Notes under the pieces: model-generated
Databases searched by the model: none
What the model saw: the letters and a program-made list of their open reading frames with translations, nothing else
Told to the model about the DNA's origin: nothing
Made by a program: the position numbers and the translations under genes
Shown: piece after piece, positions 29,713 to 39,354 of the stretch
How the letters are laid out: each line of letters opens with the position of its first letter
Position numbering within the stretch: the stretch's first letter is position 1
NCBI GenBank assembly: GCA_944383265.1
Contig: CALWOX010000005.1
Coordinates: 79,863-143,862 of the forward strand
Reading direction: 5' to 3'
Source: an uncultured Lachnospiraceae bacterium
GTDB taxonomy: Bacteria > Bacillota > Clostridia > Lachnospirales > Lachnospiraceae
DNA length: 64,000 nucleotides

Positions 29713-31008
29713 ATGAAAAAATACACGGAAATGGACACAAGTGAGCTCAGAGAGGAATATAAAAAGCTCTCAAAGCAGTATAAGGAATTTCAGTACAGAT
29801 CCCTCTCTCTTGATATGTCAAGAGGAAAGCCCTGCCCCGAGCAGCTGGATCTCTCTATGGGAATGATGGATGTGCTGAACTCAAACACGGACCTTGTATG
29901 TGAGGACGGAGCCGACTGCAGAAACTACGGAGTGCTTTCGGGCATACCTGAGGCAAAGGAGCTCCTTGCGGACATTATGGAGGTGCATCCCGACAATATC
30001 ATTATCTACGGAAACTCCAGCCTTAATGTAATGTTTGACTTTATATCAAGGAGCATGACTCACGGAGTAATGGGCTCTACTCCCTGGTCAAAGCTTCCCG
30101 AGGTGAAGTTTATCTGTGTTGTTCCCGGATATGACAGGCACTTTGCCATGACGGAATATTTCGGAATAAAGATGATAAATGTTCCAATGCTTTCCACAGG
30201 CCCTGACATGGACATGGTTGAAAAGCTGGTTTCAGAGGACGAGAGCATTAAGGGAATATGGTGCGTGCCCAAATATTCAAACCCCACAGGAAATTCCTAC
30301 GATGACGAGACTGTAAGGCGCTTTGCAAGGCTTAAGCCCGCCGCCGCGGACTTCCGTATATATTGGGACAACGCATATACTATTCATCACCTCTATGACC
30401 ACAATCAGGACCATCTCATAGAGATACTTGCGGAGTGTAAGAGAGCGGGAAATCCCGACCTTGTATACAAGTTCGCCTCAACTTCAAAGGTGAGCTTCCC
30501 GGGCTCGGGAATAGCAGCCTGCGCCGCGTCAAAGAATAACCTTGAGGACATAATGGAGCAGCTGAAGTACCAGACCATAGGACATGACAAGGTGAACCAG
30601 CTGAGACATGTGAGATTCTTTAAGGACATCCACGGAGTTGTGGAGCATATGAGACGCCACGCCGACATAATAAGGCCGAAGTTCGAGGAATTTGAAAATA
30701 TTTTTGAGGAGGAGCTGGGTGAGCTTGGCATATGCTCATGGACAAAGCCCAACGGCGGATATTTCATTTCCTTTGACTCAATGCCCGGATGTGCAAAAAA
30801 TATAGCCATGAAGGCAAAGAAGGCAGGCGTTAAGCTCACACCTGCGGGAGCTACCTTCCCCTACGGAAAGGACCCTGAGGACAAGAATTTAAGGATAGCG
30901 CCTACTTATCCTTCCCTCGAGGAGATAAGGGAGGCCGCAAAGCTTTTTTCAATCTGCGTAAAGCTTGCGACTATAGAAAAGCTTTTGGGAGAAGATACAG
31001 GCAAATAA
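29713..31008 (+). CDS. PLP-dependent aminotransferase, class I/II fold (aspartate-aminotransferase-like)
   Basis: About 431 aa with the PNPTG-like motif KYSNPTG and the PLP-lysine motif ASTSKVSF. I prefer the ATG at 29713, which has 6-nt spacing from GAGGAG. The ATG at 29707, overlapping the HAD stop, is the alternative. Confidence 0.85.
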   Translation: MKKYTEMDTSELREEYKKLSKQYKEFQYRSLSLDMSRGKPCPEQLDLSMGMMDVLNSNTDLVCEDGADCRNYGVLSGIPEAKELLADIMEVHPDNIIIYGNSSLNVMFDFISRSMTHGVMGSTPWSKLPEVKFICVVPGYDRHFAMTEYFGIKMINVPMLSTGPDMDMVEKLVSEDESIKGIWCVPKYSNPTGNSYDDETVRRFARLKPAAADFRIYWDNAYTIHHLYDHNQDHLIEILAECKRAGNPDLVYKFASTSKVSFPGSGIAACAASKNNLEDIMEQLKYQTIGHDKVNQLRHVRFFKDIHGVVEHMRRHADIIRPKFEEFENIFEEELGELGICSWTKPNGGYFISFDSMPGCAKNIAMKAKKAGVKLTPAGATFPYGKDPEDKNLRIAPTYPSLEEIREAAKLFSICVKLATIEKLLGEDTGK

Positions 31009-31035
31009 ATAAAGGAGAGGAAAAGGAGAGGACTT

Positions 31036-31689
31036 ATGGGAAAATTTGATGACATGAATGAGAAGCTTACAGGTTACGGGGTAATACCTGTTGTGGTCAT
31101 TGATGATGCAAAGGATGCCGTGCCCTTGTGCAAGGCGCTCCGGGATGGAGGACTCGGCTGCGCCGAGGTGACCTTCAGGACGGCTGCCGCGGAGGAGGCT
31201 ATAAGGCTCATAGCTGAGAGCTTCCCCGAAATGCTTTTGGGCGCGGGAACAGTATTAAACACCGAGCAGGCGGAGAGAGCCATAAAAGCGGGGGCAAAAT
31301 TCATAGTGGCGCCTAATTTTGATGCGGAAGTGGTGGACTATTGTATAGAGAGGGATGTACCGGTATATCCGGGAGCTCTCACCCCCACCGAATTTGCTTA
31401 CGGCTACAAAAGAGGGCTTAGGGTAATGAAATTCTTCCCCGCAAAGGACGGCGGAGGCCCTGCCATGATAAAGGCTGTGTCTGCAGTATTCCCGGGGCTT
31501 AAGTTCATGCCCACAGGAGGAGTAAACGGGGACAATATCAAGGATTACTTCGCCACAGGAAAGGTCGCATGCTGCGGAGGCACATGGATGGTGAAGAAGG
31601 ATTTTATAAAAAATAAAGAATTCGACAAGATAAAGAAGCTTACCGAGGAGGCTGTGGCCGCAGTGAAGGCAGCGAGAGAAGCGCTGTAA
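31036..31689 (+). CDS. eda: KDPG / KHG aldolase (2-dehydro-3-deoxyphosphogluconate aldolase family)
   Basis: 217 aa. Motifs PVVVIDD, GLGCAEVTFRT, GAGTVL, KFFPA and the C-terminal PTGGV. Confidence 0.88.
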   Translation: MGKFDDMNEKLTGYGVIPVVVIDDAKDAVPLCKALRDGGLGCAEVTFRTAAAEEAIRLIAESFPEMLLGAGTVLNTEQAERAIKAGAKFIVAPNFDAEVVDYCIERDVPVYPGALTPTEFAYGYKRGLRVMKFFPAKDGGGPAMIKAVSAVFPGLKFMPTGGVNGDNIKDYFATGKVACCGGTWMVKKDFIKNKEFDKIKKLTEEAVAAVKAAREAL

Positions 31690-31707
31690 CAGGCCTTAGG
31701 GCGACGG

Positions 31708-32466
31708 ATGGAAAAGGACAGAAAGAAGATCATAAGCTGTATACTCGATATAGGAGAGAGACTGCTTGAGGCGGGAGCGGAGGTCAGCCGTGTGGAGGAT
31801 ACCATGCAGAGGATAGGACTTGCCTACGGCTTTGAGAGGATAGATGTTTTTACGATAATCAGCACTATAAATATCTCGGCAGCCTTTGATGGGGAGACCT
31901 ATACCCAGACGAGAAGGATAAGGAAGATAGGCGTGGACATGGAGAAGATAGTGCGTTGCAACGACCTTTCAAGAAAGCTCTGCATTCGCCCCGAGCCTCC
32001 TTGTGAGCTTATAAAGGATGTGGAAGCTCTTGACGGCGTAAAGCAGTATTCTTTTTTTCAGGTACTTGCCGTCTACTTCATCATAGCCTTCGCTTTCACA
32101 CTTTTTTTCGGAGGAAGCATAGGGGACGGCATATCCGCAGGCATAGCATCTCTGATACTGCGGCTCATCGACTTCTCCTTTAAAAAGCTTAACCTCCATA
32201 ACTTTGCCCTTTATTTCATAAATTCCTTCATAGTAGGACTTGCCATATACATATTGATAGGGATAGGTATAGGCGCCTCCTACGACAGGATAGCCATGGG
32301 AAATATAATGCTGCTTATCCCGGGCATTGGCCTTACGACTTCTGTGAGAGACATGATCACAGGAGATATGCTCTCGGGGATACTGGGCTTCCTTGCGGCT
32401 GTGATACAGGCAATCGCCATTGGACTCGGCTTTGCGGCGGCGGCCGCCATATTTATAGGTATATAG
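31708..32466 (+). CDS. threonine/serine exporter family protein (ThrE/YjjP-like, DUF1212)
   Basis: 252 aa: an N-terminal soluble region (GAEVSRVEDTMQRIG) followed by TM helices. It is paired with the small YjjB-like partner downstream. Confidence 0.8.
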   Translation: MEKDRKKIISCILDIGERLLEAGAEVSRVEDTMQRIGLAYGFERIDVFTIISTINISAAFDGETYTQTRRIRKIGVDMEKIVRCNDLSRKLCIRPEPPCELIKDVEALDGVKQYSFFQVLAVYFIIAFAFTLFFGGSIGDGISAGIASLILRLIDFSFKKLNLHNFALYFINSFIVGLAIYILIGIGIGASYDRIAMGNIMLLIPGIGLTTSVRDMITGDMLSGILGFLAAVIQAIAIGLGFAAAAAIFIGI

Positions 32467-32472
32467 AACTTT

Positions 32473-32925
32473 ATGAGTGAGATAATAATTCAAACGGCAA
32501 TGTCCTTTATAACCTCCGCGGGCTTTTCAGTGCTCTTTAATGTGAGAGGAAAAAATGTTTTCATAAACGGTATGGGCGGCTCTCTGTCATGGATAATCTA
32601 TCTTCTTGTTTTCGGACATTGGAACAGCATATTTTGGAGCTTTTTTGTATCTACTTTTGTGATAGCAGTGCTGTCGTACCTCCTTGCAAGACCTCTTAAG
32701 GTACCTGTCACAATAATGCTCGTACCGATGATAATACCTCTTATTCCGGGAGGCCTTTTGTACAACACGGTATTTAATATAATCACAGGAAATACGGAGG
32801 CGGCCAAGGGATTTTTCAATGAGCTCGTACTTGAGCTTGCAGGAATAAATCTTGCCATAATCACAGTTGCCACTCTGTTCGGCATAGTTTATTCTGTAAA
32901 GAAGTACAGGCTTTATGGTCTTTAG
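32473..32925 (+). CDS. threonine/serine exporter family protein (YjjB-like, DUF3815)
   Basis: 150 aa, four or five TM helices. It lies 6 nt downstream of the ThrE-like gene. Confidence 0.78.
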   Translation: MSEIIIQTAMSFITSAGFSVLFNVRGKNVFINGMGGSLSWIIYLLVFGHWNSIFWSFFVSTFVIAVLSYLLARPLKVPVTIMLVPMIIPLIPGGLLYNTVFNIITGNTEAAKGFFNELVLELAGINLAIITVATLFGIVYSVKKYRLYGL

Positions 32926-33000
32926 CCTTGCGGTAAGGCGACATTGATGTTAAAATCAAAGGCTGAAAAATAAAATCATATATCGGAGGGAAGGTCTAAG

Positions 33001-34440
33001 ATGGAAAAGAATCGAGACATTTACCAAAGCCCGTTCTCGGGAAGATATGCGGGCAAGGAGATGCTTTATACCTTTTCGGAGAATTTCAAATTCAGGACAT
33101 GGAGAAAGCTGTGGATAGCTCTTGCGGAGACGGAAAAGGAGCTGGGACTGCCCATTACAGACGAGCAGATAGCCGAGCTTAAGGAGCACGCGGAGGATAT
33201 AAACTACGCTGACGCCGAGGCCAGAGAGAAGGTGGTCCGCCATGATGTCATGAGCCATGTTTACGCTTACGGGCTTCAGTGTCCCAAGGCGGCGGGCATC
33301 ATTCATCTGGGAGCCACATCAGCCTTTGTGGGAGACAACACGGATATCATACAGATGAGGAGAGGACTTGACCTTGTACACAAGTCCCTGGTAAATGTAA
33401 TAACGGAGCTTTCGAAGTTTGCCTTAAAGTATAAGGATGTGCCCACTCTTGCCTTCACTCATTTCCAGCCGGCACAGCCTACCACTATCGGAAAGAGAGC
33501 TACGCTCTGGATACAGGATCTCATGATGGATCTTTCTGACCTTGAGTATGTAAGGGGAAGCCTTAAGCTCCTTGGCTCAAAGGGAACTACAGGAACTCAG
33601 GCAAGCTTTCTTGAGCTTTTTGACGGAGACCATAAAAAGTGCAAGGAGGCTGACAGGCGCATAGCCGAGAAGCTTGGATTTTCTGACTGCTACGATGTGT
33701 CCGGACAGACCTACTCGAGAAAGGTGGATTTCCGCGTGCTTTCCGTACTTTCGGGAATCGCACAGTCTGCACATAAGTTTTCCAATGATATAAGGCTTTT
33801 GCAGAATTTGAAGCAGATCGAGGAGCCCTTTGAAAAGACACAGATAGGTTCTTCGGCTATGGCATATAAGAGAAATCCCATGCGCTCGGAGAGGATGGCG
33901 TCCATCGCAAACTATGTAATGAGCGATATCATGAACCCGTCGATCACAGCGGCAACCCAGTGGTTTGAGAGGACTCTTGATGACTCTGCAAATAAGAGGA
34001 TATCAGTTCCCGAGGCATTCCTCGGAGTTGATTCCATATTGAGGCTTTACATGAATATTGCCGACGGCCTTGTTGTTTACACAAAGGTATGTGAAAAGTA
34101 TCTTAAGGCCGAGCTTCCCTTCATGGCCACAGAGAACATAATGATGGACTGTGTAAAGAGAGGCGGAAACCGCCAGGAGCTTCATGAGAGGATAAGAGAG
34201 CTCTCCATGGAGGCCGGAAAGAGAGTAAAGGAGGAGGGACTTGACAACAATCTCCTTGATCTCATAGCCGCAGACAAGACCTTCGGGCTTGAGAGAGCTG
34301 ATATAGAAAAGCTCCTTGATCCCAAGCTCTATGTCGGAAGAGCGCCGAGACAGACTGAGGAATACATTAAAAATGTGGTTGAGCCCAAGCTTGCATCCTA
34401 CAGCTCTGAACTGGGGCTTGAGGCGGAGATATCACTTTAA
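33001..34440 (+). CDS. purB: adenylosuccinate lyase
   Basis: 479 aa with the fumarate-lyase signature GSSAMAYKRNPMRSE and an N-terminus typical of long-form PurB (YQSPFSGRYAGKEM). Confidence 0.95.
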   Translation: MEKNRDIYQSPFSGRYAGKEMLYTFSENFKFRTWRKLWIALAETEKELGLPITDEQIAELKEHAEDINYADAEAREKVVRHDVMSHVYAYGLQCPKAAGIIHLGATSAFVGDNTDIIQMRRGLDLVHKSLVNVITELSKFALKYKDVPTLAFTHFQPAQPTTIGKRATLWIQDLMMDLSDLEYVRGSLKLLGSKGTTGTQASFLELFDGDHKKCKEADRRIAEKLGFSDCYDVSGQTYSRKVDFRVLSVLSGIAQSAHKFSNDIRLLQNLKQIEEPFEKTQIGSSAMAYKRNPMRSERMASIANYVMSDIMNPSITAATQWFERTLDDSANKRISVPEAFLGVDSILRLYMNIADGLVVYTKVCEKYLKAELPFMATENIMMDCVKRGGNRQELHERIRELSMEAGKRVKEEGLDNNLLDLIAADKTFGLERADIEKLLDPKLYVGRAPRQTEEYIKNVVEPKLASYSSELGLEAEISL

Positions 34441-34489
34441 TAAATTATTATTGACTTTTTATGCTTGTATAATGTATGCTTTTTAGTAC

Positions 34490-34518
34490 TTGATGAAGAG
34501 ACCCTGTTTAATTATAAT
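34490..34518 (+). promoter_or_regulatory. candidate promoter of the pur operon leader
   Basis: TTGATG (34490-34495), 17 nt, TATAAT (34513-34518). A second TATAAT at 34468-34473 has no well-spaced -35. Confidence 0.4.
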
Positions 34519-34722
34519 AGGGCGTATCCCCTTTTTTAGGAGACAAGCTTTTTATTGTGAGAGGAATGTCATGATAGGTATGAAGGCTGAAGCTGCTGAA
34601 TACGGATGGACAGGCATGATAGCTCATGGTGTCAGGCAGGAGATAAAGGGGACCGGTATAGGCTTTTTTATAAGCTCATACTGCAGACAGAGGCAGATAG
34701 TGTATATAAAAACAGTATAAAT

Positions 34723-34753
34723 AAGAGCAGTCTGAAAAGGACTGCTCTTTTTG
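34723..34753 (+). terminator. intrinsic terminator inside the purE leader (candidate attenuator)
   Basis: Perfect 9-bp stem AGAGCAGTC / GACTGCTCT with a 7-nt loop, then TTTT. It lies about 80 nt upstream of the purE ATG and about 280 nt downstream of the purB stop. Confidence 0.75.
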
Positions 34754-34833
34754 TCGCTGTTTTAAGTCAGTGCTTTATGACTGTTCTGACTGAAAAAAGG
34801 CTTATGAGAGGCTTAAATTTTAGGAGGGAATAA

Positions 34834-35331
34834 ATGAGAAAAGTAGGAATCATCATGGGGAGCGACAGCGATTTCCCCGTAGTTGAGAAGGCTGTAAATA
34901 CATTGAAGGAGTATGGCGTGCCGGTTAGCGTGCATGTTTATTCGGCCCACAGGACTCCCGCCGAAGCAAAGAGCTTTGCCGAGAACGCCAGAAAGGAGGG
35001 CTACGGAGCCCTTATATGCGCGGCAGGTATGGCGGCGCACCTTGCAGGAGCTATAGCGGCAAATACGACGCTCCCTGTAATAGGCATACCCATAAAGGCA
35101 AAGGCTCTTGAGGGGATAGACGCACTGCTTTCCACAGTTATGATGCCCCCCGGAATACCTGTTGCAACAGTCGGCATAGACGGAGCTCAGAATGCGGCGC
35201 TTATTGCTGTAGAGATACTTTCAGTTGAGGACGAGGGACTTGCCGTAAAGCTTCAGGAGGCAAGGGACAAGAAGGCGGCAGCCATCCTTTCAAAGGATAA
35301 GGAGCTTTCGGAGAAATATTCAAATCTGTAA
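34834..35331 (+). CDS. purE: N5-carboxyaminoimidazole ribonucleotide mutase (class I PurE)
   Basis: 165 aa with the motifs IMGSDSD and SAHRTP (class I-type). An AGGAGGG RBS precedes the start. Confidence 0.93.
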   Translation: MRKVGIIMGSDSDFPVVEKAVNTLKEYGVPVSVHVYSAHRTPAEAKSFAENARKEGYGALICAAGMAAHLAGAIAANTTLPVIGIPIKAKALEGIDALLSTVMMPPGIPVATVGIDGAQNAALIAVEILSVEDEGLAVKLQEARDKKAAAILSKDKELSEKYSNL

Positions 35332-35351
35332 AAATTGACTTTGGAGACAAG

Positions 35352-36851
35352 ATGAAGAGAAAGATAAATGAAGAATGCGGTGTCTTCGGCGTATGGTCAC
35401 CGAAGAAAACAGATGTTGCTTTGACCACCTACTACGGCCTTTATGCATTGCAGCACAGAGGACAGGAAAGCGCAGGAATTGCTGTAAACGACGAGGGGCT
35501 TTTCAGATACTACAGAGATCTGGGACTTGTAAACGATGTTTTCACTCCTGAGCATATAGAAAAGCTTGGAGACGGAAATATGGCTGTGGGCCATGTGAGA
35601 TATTCCACCTCAGGTATAACAAACAGAATAAACGCACAGCCCATAGTTATAAACCACAGCAAGGGCAGGATGGCCCTTGCCCACAACGGGAACCTTGTAA
35701 ATTCATATGAGCTGAGAACAGAGCTTGAGAATCAGGGCTGCATATTCCAGTCCACCACAGACACAGAAGTCATTTCATATATAATCACAGGCGAGAGGAT
35801 AAAGACAGGCAGCATAGAGGACGCTGTAAATAACGCCATGAACAAGATAAAGGGAGCATATTCCCTTGTGATAATGTCACCCTCAAAGCTCATTGCCGTC
35901 AGAGACGAGCACGGCTTCAGGCCTCTCTGCTACGGTGTTACAGAGGACGGAACATATATCGTTGCCTCGGAGAGCTGTGCCCTTGATGCTGTGGGAGCAA
36001 AGCTCATAAGGGATATAAAGCCCGGAGAGATACTTATATTCAGCGACGAGGGAATAAGGAGCATTGAGGACCATTGCAATAAGGCAAAGCCCAGCCTCTG
36101 TGTATTCGAGTATATATATTTTGCAAGGCCTGACTCTGTGATAGAGGGCTGCAGTGTCCACGAGGCGAGAGTGAGAGCGGGAGCCTTCCTTGCCCTCGAG
36201 CATCCCGTGCAGGCCGACGTGGTCATAGGTGTGCCTGATTCCGGAATAGACGCCGCCATAGGTTATTCCAGACAGTCCGGTATCCCTTATGGAGTGGGAC
36301 TTATAAAAAATAAATATATAGGAAGGACCTTCATAGCTCCCAACCAGAAATCAAGAGAAAATCTCGTAAGGATAAAGCTCAACCCCATATCAGAGGTAAT
36401 AAAGGGAAAGAGGGTCATACTTATAGATGACTCCATAGTAAGAGGAACCACCTCCGCAAGGATAGTAAAGCTCATAAGAGAGGCGGGGGCAAAGGAGGTA
36501 CACATGAGAGTCTCGGCTCCTCCATTCCTTAATCCTTGCTATTACGGAACAGATATAGACTCAAGAGAAAACCTCATTGCCTGTAAGTACAGCGTCGAGG
36601 AGACAGCAAAGATAATAGGAGCAGACTCTCTCGGATACCTTTCTGTGGGAAATGCCCTTGAGATAGCAAAGGGAGCGGCAGGAAACGGAAGCTTCTGTGC
36701 GGCATGCTTCAGCGGAGAATATCCCACAGAGATACCTACAAAGACAGAGAAAAACAGATTTGAGGATAAGCTCCCCAAATACAGAAACAAACCTGATAGA
36801 TCAGAGGATTCAGATAATAAAGACGCTTTGGCGGGAAAGGCGGAGAACTAA
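35352..36851 (+). CDS. purF: amidophosphoribosyltransferase
   Basis: 499 aa. The Ntn-amidotransferase Cys lies in NEECGVFGV and the PRTase motif is VILIDDSIVRGTT. C-terminal Cys residues are consistent with an Fe-S-type PurF. Confidence 0.95.
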   Translation: MKRKINEECGVFGVWSPKKTDVALTTYYGLYALQHRGQESAGIAVNDEGLFRYYRDLGLVNDVFTPEHIEKLGDGNMAVGHVRYSTSGITNRINAQPIVINHSKGRMALAHNGNLVNSYELRTELENQGCIFQSTTDTEVISYIITGERIKTGSIEDAVNNAMNKIKGAYSLVIMSPSKLIAVRDEHGFRPLCYGVTEDGTYIVASESCALDAVGAKLIRDIKPGEILIFSDEGIRSIEDHCNKAKPSLCVFEYIYFARPDSVIEGCSVHEARVRAGAFLALEHPVQADVVIGVPDSGIDAAIGYSRQSGIPYGVGLIKNKYIGRTFIAPNQKSRENLVRIKLNPISEVIKGKRVILIDDSIVRGTTSARIVKLIREAGAKEVHMRVSAPPFLNPCYYGTDIDSRENLIACKYSVEETAKIIGADSLGYLSVGNALEIAKGAAGNGSFCAACFSGEYPTEIPTKTEKNRFEDKLPKYRNKPDRSEDSDNKDALAGKAEN

Positions 36852-37894
36852 TGAAAAGCTACAGTGAAAGCTACAAGAATGCGGGAGTTGATATCACCGC
36901 GGGATACAAGGCTGTAGATCTCATGAAGGAGCACATAAAGAGGACCATGACAGCGGGAGTGGTTTCAGATATAGGAGGCTTCGGAGGTCTCTTCGAGCTG
37001 CCGGAGGGCTATAAAAAGCCCGTCCTTGTATCAGGGACAGACGGAGTCGGAACAAAGCTTAAGCTCTCATTCCTCATGGAGAAATATGATACAGTTGGAA
37101 TAGACTGCGTGGCAATGTGTGTAAACGACATTATCTGCTGCGGAGCAAAGCCCCTCTTCTTCCTTGATTACATAGCTTGCGGAAAAAATATTCCTGAGAG
37201 GATAGCAGAGATAGTAAAGGGAGTGGCAGACGGCTGCGTAATGGCTGATGCGGCACTTATAGGCGGTGAGACAGCTGAGATGCCGGGCTTTTATCCCGAG
37301 GATGAGTTTGACCTTGCAGGCTATTCTACGGGAATAGTTGATAAGGAAAAGATAGTGGACAACAGCTCCATGACAGAAGGCGATGTGATAATAGCTCTCC
37401 CCTCAAGCGGAGTACATTCAAACGGATTTTCTCTTGTAAGAAAAGTATTTGACCTTGATAATATTGATAAAGCCGAACTTAAAAGGCCCCTCCCCGAGCT
37501 TTCGGGAAAGAGTCTCGGAGAGACTCTTCTCACTCCCACCAAGATATATGTAAAGCCTGTACTAAAGCTCCTTGAGGAAATAAAGGTAAAGGGCATATCA
37601 CATATCACAGGCGGAGGCTTTTATGAGAACATTCCCAGATCCTTAAAGAAGGGCATGGGAGCCTTTATAAAGAAATCAGATGTAAGGATACTTCCGATTT
37701 TCAAGCTCATTGCCGAAAAGGGTGGTATATCGGAGCACGATATGTTCAACACCTACAACATGGGTGTGGGAATGAGTATAGTTGTTGCGGCTGAGGATGC
37801 GGACAGAGCCCTTGAGATACTTAAAGCAAACGGAGAGGACGCATATATCCTCGGAAGGATAGGAGCCTCAGAGGATCCTGTAGTTTTGGAGTAA
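36851..37894 (+). CDS. purM: phosphoribosylformylglycinamidine cyclo-ligase (AIR synthetase)
   Basis: 347 aa with the motifs SGTDGVGTKLK and GGETAEMPG. The start overlaps the purF stop (TAATG). Confidence 0.95.
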   Translation: MKSYSESYKNAGVDITAGYKAVDLMKEHIKRTMTAGVVSDIGGFGGLFELPEGYKKPVLVSGTDGVGTKLKLSFLMEKYDTVGIDCVAMCVNDIICCGAKPLFFLDYIACGKNIPERIAEIVKGVADGCVMADAALIGGETAEMPGFYPEDEFDLAGYSTGIVDKEKIVDNSSMTEGDVIIALPSSGVHSNGFSLVRKVFDLDNIDKAELKRPLPELSGKSLGETLLTPTKIYVKPVLKLLEEIKVKGISHITGGGFYENIPRSLKKGMGAFIKKSDVRILPIFKLIAEKGGISEHDMFNTYNMGVGMSIVVAAEDADRALEILKANGEDAYILGRIGASEDPVVLE

Positions 37895-37897
37895 GCC

Positions 37898-38545
37898 ATG
37901 GGAGAGGAAAAAAGGATAAAGACGGCAGTCCTCATATCAGGAGGAGGGACGAACCTTCAGGCCCTTATTGACGCACAAAAAAGCGGAGTCATCCGCCACG
38001 CCGAGATATGTGCCGTAATATCGAATAAGGCTGATGCTTACGGACTTGTGAGAGCGGAAAATGCGGGAATTCCACATTTTGTTGCAGAGAAGGAAAAGGC
38101 TGAGGATACGGATACTGCGGACGACAGGGAAAGAAAGCAGCACGAGTTCGAGGAGAGGATAGAAGAGATAATCGAGAGTACAGGAGCAAAAATAATTGTC
38201 CTTGCGGGCTTTCTCGCCATATTAAGTGAGAACTTTACTTCAAAATATCCCGAAAGGATAATAAACATACATCCTTCTCTCATACCTTCGTTTTGCGGAA
38301 AGGGCTACTACGGACTTAAGGTCCACGAGGCGGCCTTAAGCTACGGAGTCAAGGTCACAGGAGCCACGGTGCATTTTGTAAATGAGGTTCCTGACGGAGG
38401 AAGGATAATCCTCCAGAAGGCTGTGTATATAAAGGACGGAGACACACCTGAAATACTTCAGAAGAGAGTTATGGAGGAGGCCGAGTGGGAGCTTCTTCCG
38501 AGAGCTCTGGAGCTTGTATCCGAGAAGATGACAAAGGAAATATAA
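37898..38545 (+). CDS. purN: phosphoribosylglycinamide formyltransferase
   Basis: 215 aa with the motifs AVLISGGGTNLQALID, NIHPSLIPSFCG and GATVHFV. An insert of about 20 aa rich in acidic residues (EKAEDTDTADDRERKQHEFEE) lies mid-protein. Confidence 0.92.
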   Translation: MGEEKRIKTAVLISGGGTNLQALIDAQKSGVIRHAEICAVISNKADAYGLVRAENAGIPHFVAEKEKAEDTDTADDRERKQHEFEERIEEIIESTGAKIIVLAGFLAILSENFTSKYPERIINIHPSLIPSFCGKGYYGLKVHEAALSYGVKVTGATVHFVNEVPDGGRIILQKAVYIKDGDTPEILQKRVMEEAEWELLPRALELVSEKMTKEI

Positions 38546-38567
38546 TTCATTTTAAGAGGTGAGGCAA

Positions 38568-39308
38568 ATGAACGATACGTATGCTTTAAACGATATAGAA
38601 AAGCTCCTTTCGGAAAATACCTACCCCGGAAGAGGCATAATACTCGGAATGACACCAGACTGCAAGAAGGCTGTAGCTGTTTACTTCATAATGGGAAGAA
38701 GCGAGAACAGCAGAAACCGAGTTTTTGAGGAGACAGGAGATGATCTTATAATTTATCCTGCCGACGAGAGCAAGGTGGAGGACCCCAGCCTTATCATATA
38801 TAAGCCCGTGCGTAAGTTTGAAAACAGGCTTATAGTGACAAACGGAGACCAGACAGATACGATATACGAATTTTTGGAGGCCGGAAAAAGCTTCGGAGAG
38901 GCACTCTCCACAAGGTGCTTCGAGCCGGATGCCCCCAACTACACGCCGAGGATAAGCGGAATGCTCACCTTCTTTGAGGAGGAGGGAAGTGTATGCTTTA
39001 AGTATAAGATGTCTATACTTAAATCAGCTGACAGCGAGGGAAGCGCCTGCAACAGATTTACCTACAGCTATTCTCCAATAGGAGGAACAGGACATTTCCT
39101 TCATACCTACAAGTGCGACGGAAATCCCATCCCTACATTTGAAGGGGAGCCTGAGAGGGTAAAGGTTGAAAACGACATAGACGCATACTCAAAAAAGATA
39201 TGGGACAGCTTAAATCCCGACAACAAGATATCCCTTTATGTCAGATATGTGGATATAGCAACAGGCGAGTGTGAGAACAGATTGTTCAACAAGAACGTGA
39301 GAAAATAA
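38568..39308 (+). CDS. IMP cyclohydrolase, PurO-like (archaeal-type, non-PurH)
   Basis: About 246 aa with the N-terminal YPGRGIILGMTPD region I associate with the PurO-type IMP cyclohydrolase family. It sits between purN and an AICARFT-only purH. I set the start at the ATG at 38568, after GAGGTGAGG. Confidence 0.75.
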   Translation: MNDTYALNDIEKLLSENTYPGRGIILGMTPDCKKAVAVYFIMGRSENSRNRVFEETGDDLIIYPADESKVEDPSLIIYKPVRKFENRLIVTNGDQTDTIYEFLEAGKSFGEALSTRCFEPDAPNYTPRISGMLTFFEEEGSVCFKYKMSILKSADSEGSACNRFTYSYSPIGGTGHFLHTYKCDGNPIPTFEGEPERVKVENDIDAYSKKIWDSLNPDNKISLYVRYVDIATGECENRLFNKNVRK

Positions 39309-39354
39309 TAAGAGCTTTAAGATTTATAAAGTACCTGAGAAAAGGAGAACGGTA

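Noticed and set aside
31969-32493. 174-aa minus-strand ORF opposite the ThrE-like genes
   Set aside because: It is antisense to membrane-protein genes with coherent TM topology. It has no RBS and a Tyr-rich nonsense-like translation.
34490-34833. Track ORFs of 76 aa (34490-34720) and 75 aa (34606-34833) in the purB-purE spacer
   Set aside because: Their starts are poorly supported, their translations have no recognisable features, and the second runs through a perfect terminator hairpin. I treat the region as leader/regulatory. Only the shorter version of about 49 codons, which has an RBS, is mentioned as a possibility.
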